The notes under the pieces were generated by a model. It ran no database searches, was not told the origin of the DNA, and saw only the letters and a program-made list of their open reading frames with translations. Position numbers and translations under genes: made by a program. A DNA stretch of 64,000 nt, from the NCBI GenBank assembly GCA_965217015.1, contig OZ244224.1, positions 1,595,067 through 1,659,066 on the forward strand. The letters run 5' to 3'. The stretch comes from Parvibaculaceae bacterium (GTDB lineage: Bacteria; Pseudomonadota; Alphaproteobacteria; RS24). Below, piece by piece: positions 61,514 to 64,000 of the stretch. How positions within the stretch are numbered: position 1 is the stretch's first letter; each line of letters begins with the position of its first letter.

Positions 61514-63190
61514 ATGAGTAACCCGAATAACCCGAACGACCCAAATAACCCAAACCAGACGCCCCCCGCAAATGGTGACGCCCAGCCCGCGCCCACAAAT
61601 CCGCAACAGGTCAACCCGCAACAGGTCAACCCGCAACAGGCAAACGAAAGTGCGGCGGGTGTGCAAGAGGCGGATATTCTTGATGAAACAGCGGCGAAGT
61701 CTGAAGTGCCGCCCGGGTTTATCACCCGCCTTGTGCGCTGGATTGGCCGGCTCTTATTGCCGGTTTGGCGCCATGTCGCACCGCCCTTAAAAGCAGGGCT
61801 GCGGCTTGGCCTGACCCTCGCCCAAAAAATATGGGCTGGGCCTGTTGGGCGGCTTATCCAACAAATTTATGCGCGCATCACCGCCACCGCATTGGGGCAA
61901 AAATGCGAGGAATGGGTTTTAGCCAAAGCCGCCGCGCTGAAGGCGCGTTATCTCAAATGGCGCGAGATTTATGTCAAGCTGACCAGCCCGCCGCCCGACC
62001 CGCTAATGGCGGCGATGATGATGCAAAATGAGCCGATTGATATTGACCAAGATGATATCAAGCTGACCGGCAATAAAGTGTTTGTTTATATCACCAGCTT
62101 TTTTGCTGTTTTCGTATTGTGGGCGATGTTTGCCAAGCTTGATGAGAGCGTGCGCGCAGATGGCGCGATTGTGCCGCCAAGCTCGGTGCAGCTGGTGCAA
62201 AACCGCCTGCCCGGTTCGCTGGTTTCCATTGAAACCAAATTGGGCGAGCATGTTGAAAAAGGGCAGGTGCTGTTCAAGCTTGAAGATGAAGATGTGATTG
62301 CCAATTTTGATGATAATGAAATCACACGACTGGCCTCGCTGGCGATGAAAGCGCGCCTGACGGCTGAAGCTGATGGCGAGGCGCAGGTGCAGTTCCCCGA
62401 CTGGATGCAAAAGGGCGCGCCCGATGTTGTGGCCCGCGAGCAAGATGTGTTTGACCGCCGCCAAAAAGCGCTGCAAACCAAATTAGCCTCGCTCACGCGG
62501 CGCATAAAAAACTTTGAAGAGAAAATCGAAATCCTGAAACCGCTGGTGGAGGCGGGCCATGAAGCGCGCCTGACATTGGTTGATGTGCAAGGCCAATATC
62601 ATGCCGCTTTGGACGAATATGATGCGGTGGTCGCGAATTTTCGGGCCGAGGCTGCTGGCCAGCTGGCTGAGGTGAACAAACAGGCTGACCAAGCGGGCGC
62701 GCGCGAAGATGCGTTCCGCGCCAAGGTTGCCCATGCTGAGGTTAAGGCACCCGCCAGCGGCACGGTCACGGCGGTGCATGTCAAAACCGTTGGCGCGGTG
62801 GTGCAGGCCGGCACGGTGCTGGCCGAAATTGTGCCAGACGAAAAAGCCATTTTGGTGATGGCGCGCCTGCCAGCTGAAGATGTGGCTGATGTGTATCCCG
62901 GTCAAATCGCGCAGGTGTCGCTGTCGGCTTATGATGTGTCGCGCCATGGCACGCTGGAAGGCCGCGTGTCAAAAATTGCGCAAAACACCACGCAGGAAGA
63001 AAACATGCCGCCTTTCTATCAAACCATTATTGAAATTGACAGCCCGCGCTTTTCCAAAAGCGATGAGGAGCTGATTATCGTTCCTGGCTCGCCGGTGATG
63101 GTGGATATTATCGGCAATAAACGCACGATTATGAGCTATATCCTCACCCCGCTGGAGCGCGCCGCCGGACGGGCTTTCCGCGAGAAATAA
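61514..63190 (+). CDS. HlyD-family type I secretion membrane-fusion protein with extended low-complexity N-terminus
   Basis: 558 aa with RBS GAGGA. A single TM (VFVYITSFFAVFVLWAMFA) sits about 190 aa in. Lipoyl-like hairpins (GQVLFKLED; APASGTVTAVHVK) and C-terminal RTIMSYILTPL. Confidence 0.9.
   Translation: MSNPNNPNDPNNPNQTPPANGDAQPAPTNPQQVNPQQVNPQQANESAAGVQEADILDETAAKSEVPPGFITRLVRWIGRLLLPVWRHVAPPLKAGLRLGLTLAQKIWAGPVGRLIQQIYARITATALGQKCEEWVLAKAAALKARYLKWREIYVKLTSPPPDPLMAAMMMQNEPIDIDQDDIKLTGNKVFVYITSFFAVFVLWAMFAKLDESVRADGAIVPPSSVQLVQNRLPGSLVSIETKLGEHVEKGQVLFKLEDEDVIANFDDNEITRLASLAMKARLTAEADGEAQVQFPDWMQKGAPDVVAREQDVFDRRQKALQTKLASLTRRIKNFEEKIEILKPLVEAGHEARLTLVDVQGQYHAALDEYDAVVANFRAEAAGQLAEVNKQADQAGAREDAFRAKVAHAEVKAPASGTVTAVHVKTVGAVVQAGTVLAEIVPDEKAILVMARLPAEDVADVYPGQIAQVSLSAYDVSRHGTLEGRVSKIAQNTTQEENMPPFYQTIIEIDSPRFSKSDEELIIVPGSPVMVDIIGNKRTIMSYILTPLERAAGRAFREK
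61601..61645 (+). repeat. 15-bp x 3 in-frame repeat (PQQVN PQQVN PQQAN) in the hlyD-like gene
   Basis: CCGCAACAGGTCAAC x2 followed by CCGCAACAGGCAAAC. Confidence 0.95.
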
Positions 63191-63206
63191 AGCGATAGGG
63201 GGGGAG

Positions 63207-64000
63207 ATGACCGAAGCGCAAGAAGAAAATAAATGTGTGATAACGGGTTTGTCTGCGGCGACAGACTGGATTGAACAATTTGTATCTCGGGGTTACAGAA
63301 CCGACGCGATAAGCTATCAGGTTAGAGAACAGACTGTGAAGGATATAAGAGACCATTCATCACAATTAGATGAAGCAGACAAAATAAAGCTGGCCTATCA
63401 TATTCTCAAGAAAAATCGTCAAGGTGTGGAATTTCCAGATCTCGATGATATTTGTCCTGACATCGCTGAAAATCCCAAACAAGCCGTTCAGGCCTTGCAG
63501 GACCCGACCGTAGACGAAAGAATCGCCAGCTATTTGCAGTGGGTGCGTGACGAAACAGGCGGCGATTTGACAAAAACAATAGATAATAGCGATAATTTTG
63601 CGGGTATGATTGCCAGTTGCGCTATTAATGCTGACGAGCAACGTCTGTTTGTTCGGGAATTGAGAAGAGAGGGTTATGTGGAGGCCCAGGATGCCCTTGA
63701 GGTGCAGCACATACGATTAACTTTCAAAGGCCTGCGCTATTGCGAGGAACTGCAAAAAGGTTCGGAAGCATCCCAGCCTGAAGTCGAACAGGAAGAGAGG
63801 AAAACGGGGAATTTTGTCTGGAATCATTTTGGGATTCTAAGCAACTCATACGAGGAGGGCACGTATCTTTATATTGTCAATCAAGACGGAGAGGAGAGGA
63901 AAATAAGCATGTCCGCATATGCTGAAACCATACCGAACCTGAAGGAAAAAATTGAATCTCTCAAAGAGAAACCGGTCTCGTTCAGAACCAGCCAGAATAC
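63207..64000 (+). CDS. hypothetical protein, 3'-partial, compositionally atypical
   Basis: The ATG at 63207 follows GGGGGGGAG. I translated 264 codons by hand to the window end and found no stop; the ORF track omits it because it lacks a stop. 9 of 16 Arg codons are AGA/AGG and there are 8 ATA Ile codons. No recognisable motif. Confidence 0.7.
   Translation, partial: MTEAQEENKCVITGLSAATDWIEQFVSRGYRTDAISYQVREQTVKDIRDHSSQLDEADKIKLAYHILKKNRQGVEFPDLDDICPDIAENPKQAVQALQDPTVDERIASYLQWVRDETGGDLTKTIDNSDNFAGMIASCAINADEQRLFVRELRREGYVEAQDALEVQHIRLTFKGLRYCEELQKGSEASQPEVEQEERKTGNFVWNHFGILSNSYEEGTYLYIVNQDGEERKISMSAYAETIPNLKEKIESLKEKPVSFRTSQN

Noticed and set aside
1-64000. tRNA, rRNA, tmRNA, RNase P, SRP RNA, known riboswitches, IS elements and integrases.
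   Set aside because: I scanned the non-coding gaps by eye for T-loop (GTTCRANYC) contexts, conserved SRP/RNase P cores and transposase- or integrase-like ORFs and found none. This remains limited by having no covariance-model search.

Overview
This is a 64-kb chromosomal segment whose gene content and synteny look alphaproteobacterial: tsaD next to hemC-hemD-mic60-like-hemY-like, rlmN-ialB, purH-heparinase-like-rpe-rsmB, gpsA-yciI-EVE, and DUF1674. G+C is about 50% by eye. I recognised no rRNA, tRNA, CRISPR array, transposase or integrase. The window has three parts. (i) nt 1-16461 is the 3' 16.4 kb of one giant beta-helical repeat exoprotein gene whose start lies upstream of the window. (ii) About 16.5-57.2 kb holds roughly 40 mostly housekeeping genes: sulfate activation cysD-cysNC, purH, rpe, rsmB, acs, gpsA, tsaD, hemCD, folD, argG, rlmN, an ECF sigma factor and others. 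(iii) About 57.2-64 kb looks accessory. It has about 960 bp without a credible ORF, then a tolC-like/ABC/HlyD type I secretion operon with no obvious substrate gene beside it, then a compositionally foreign ORF cut by the window end. The most unusual signal not explained by ORFs is a low-GC module inserted between gpsA and tsaD (40.5-41.7 kb). It contains a TetR gene with a perfect operator palindrome, a roughly 200-bp stretch of about 17-20% G+C, a 40-codon hydrophobic ORF, and three hairpins whose loops carry anti-Shine-Dalgarno-like C/U-rich sequences. That arrangement suggests a cuckoo/CcsR-like riboregulator. All functional calls come from reading motifs in the supplied translations and the nucleotide sequence. 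No database search or folding program was run.
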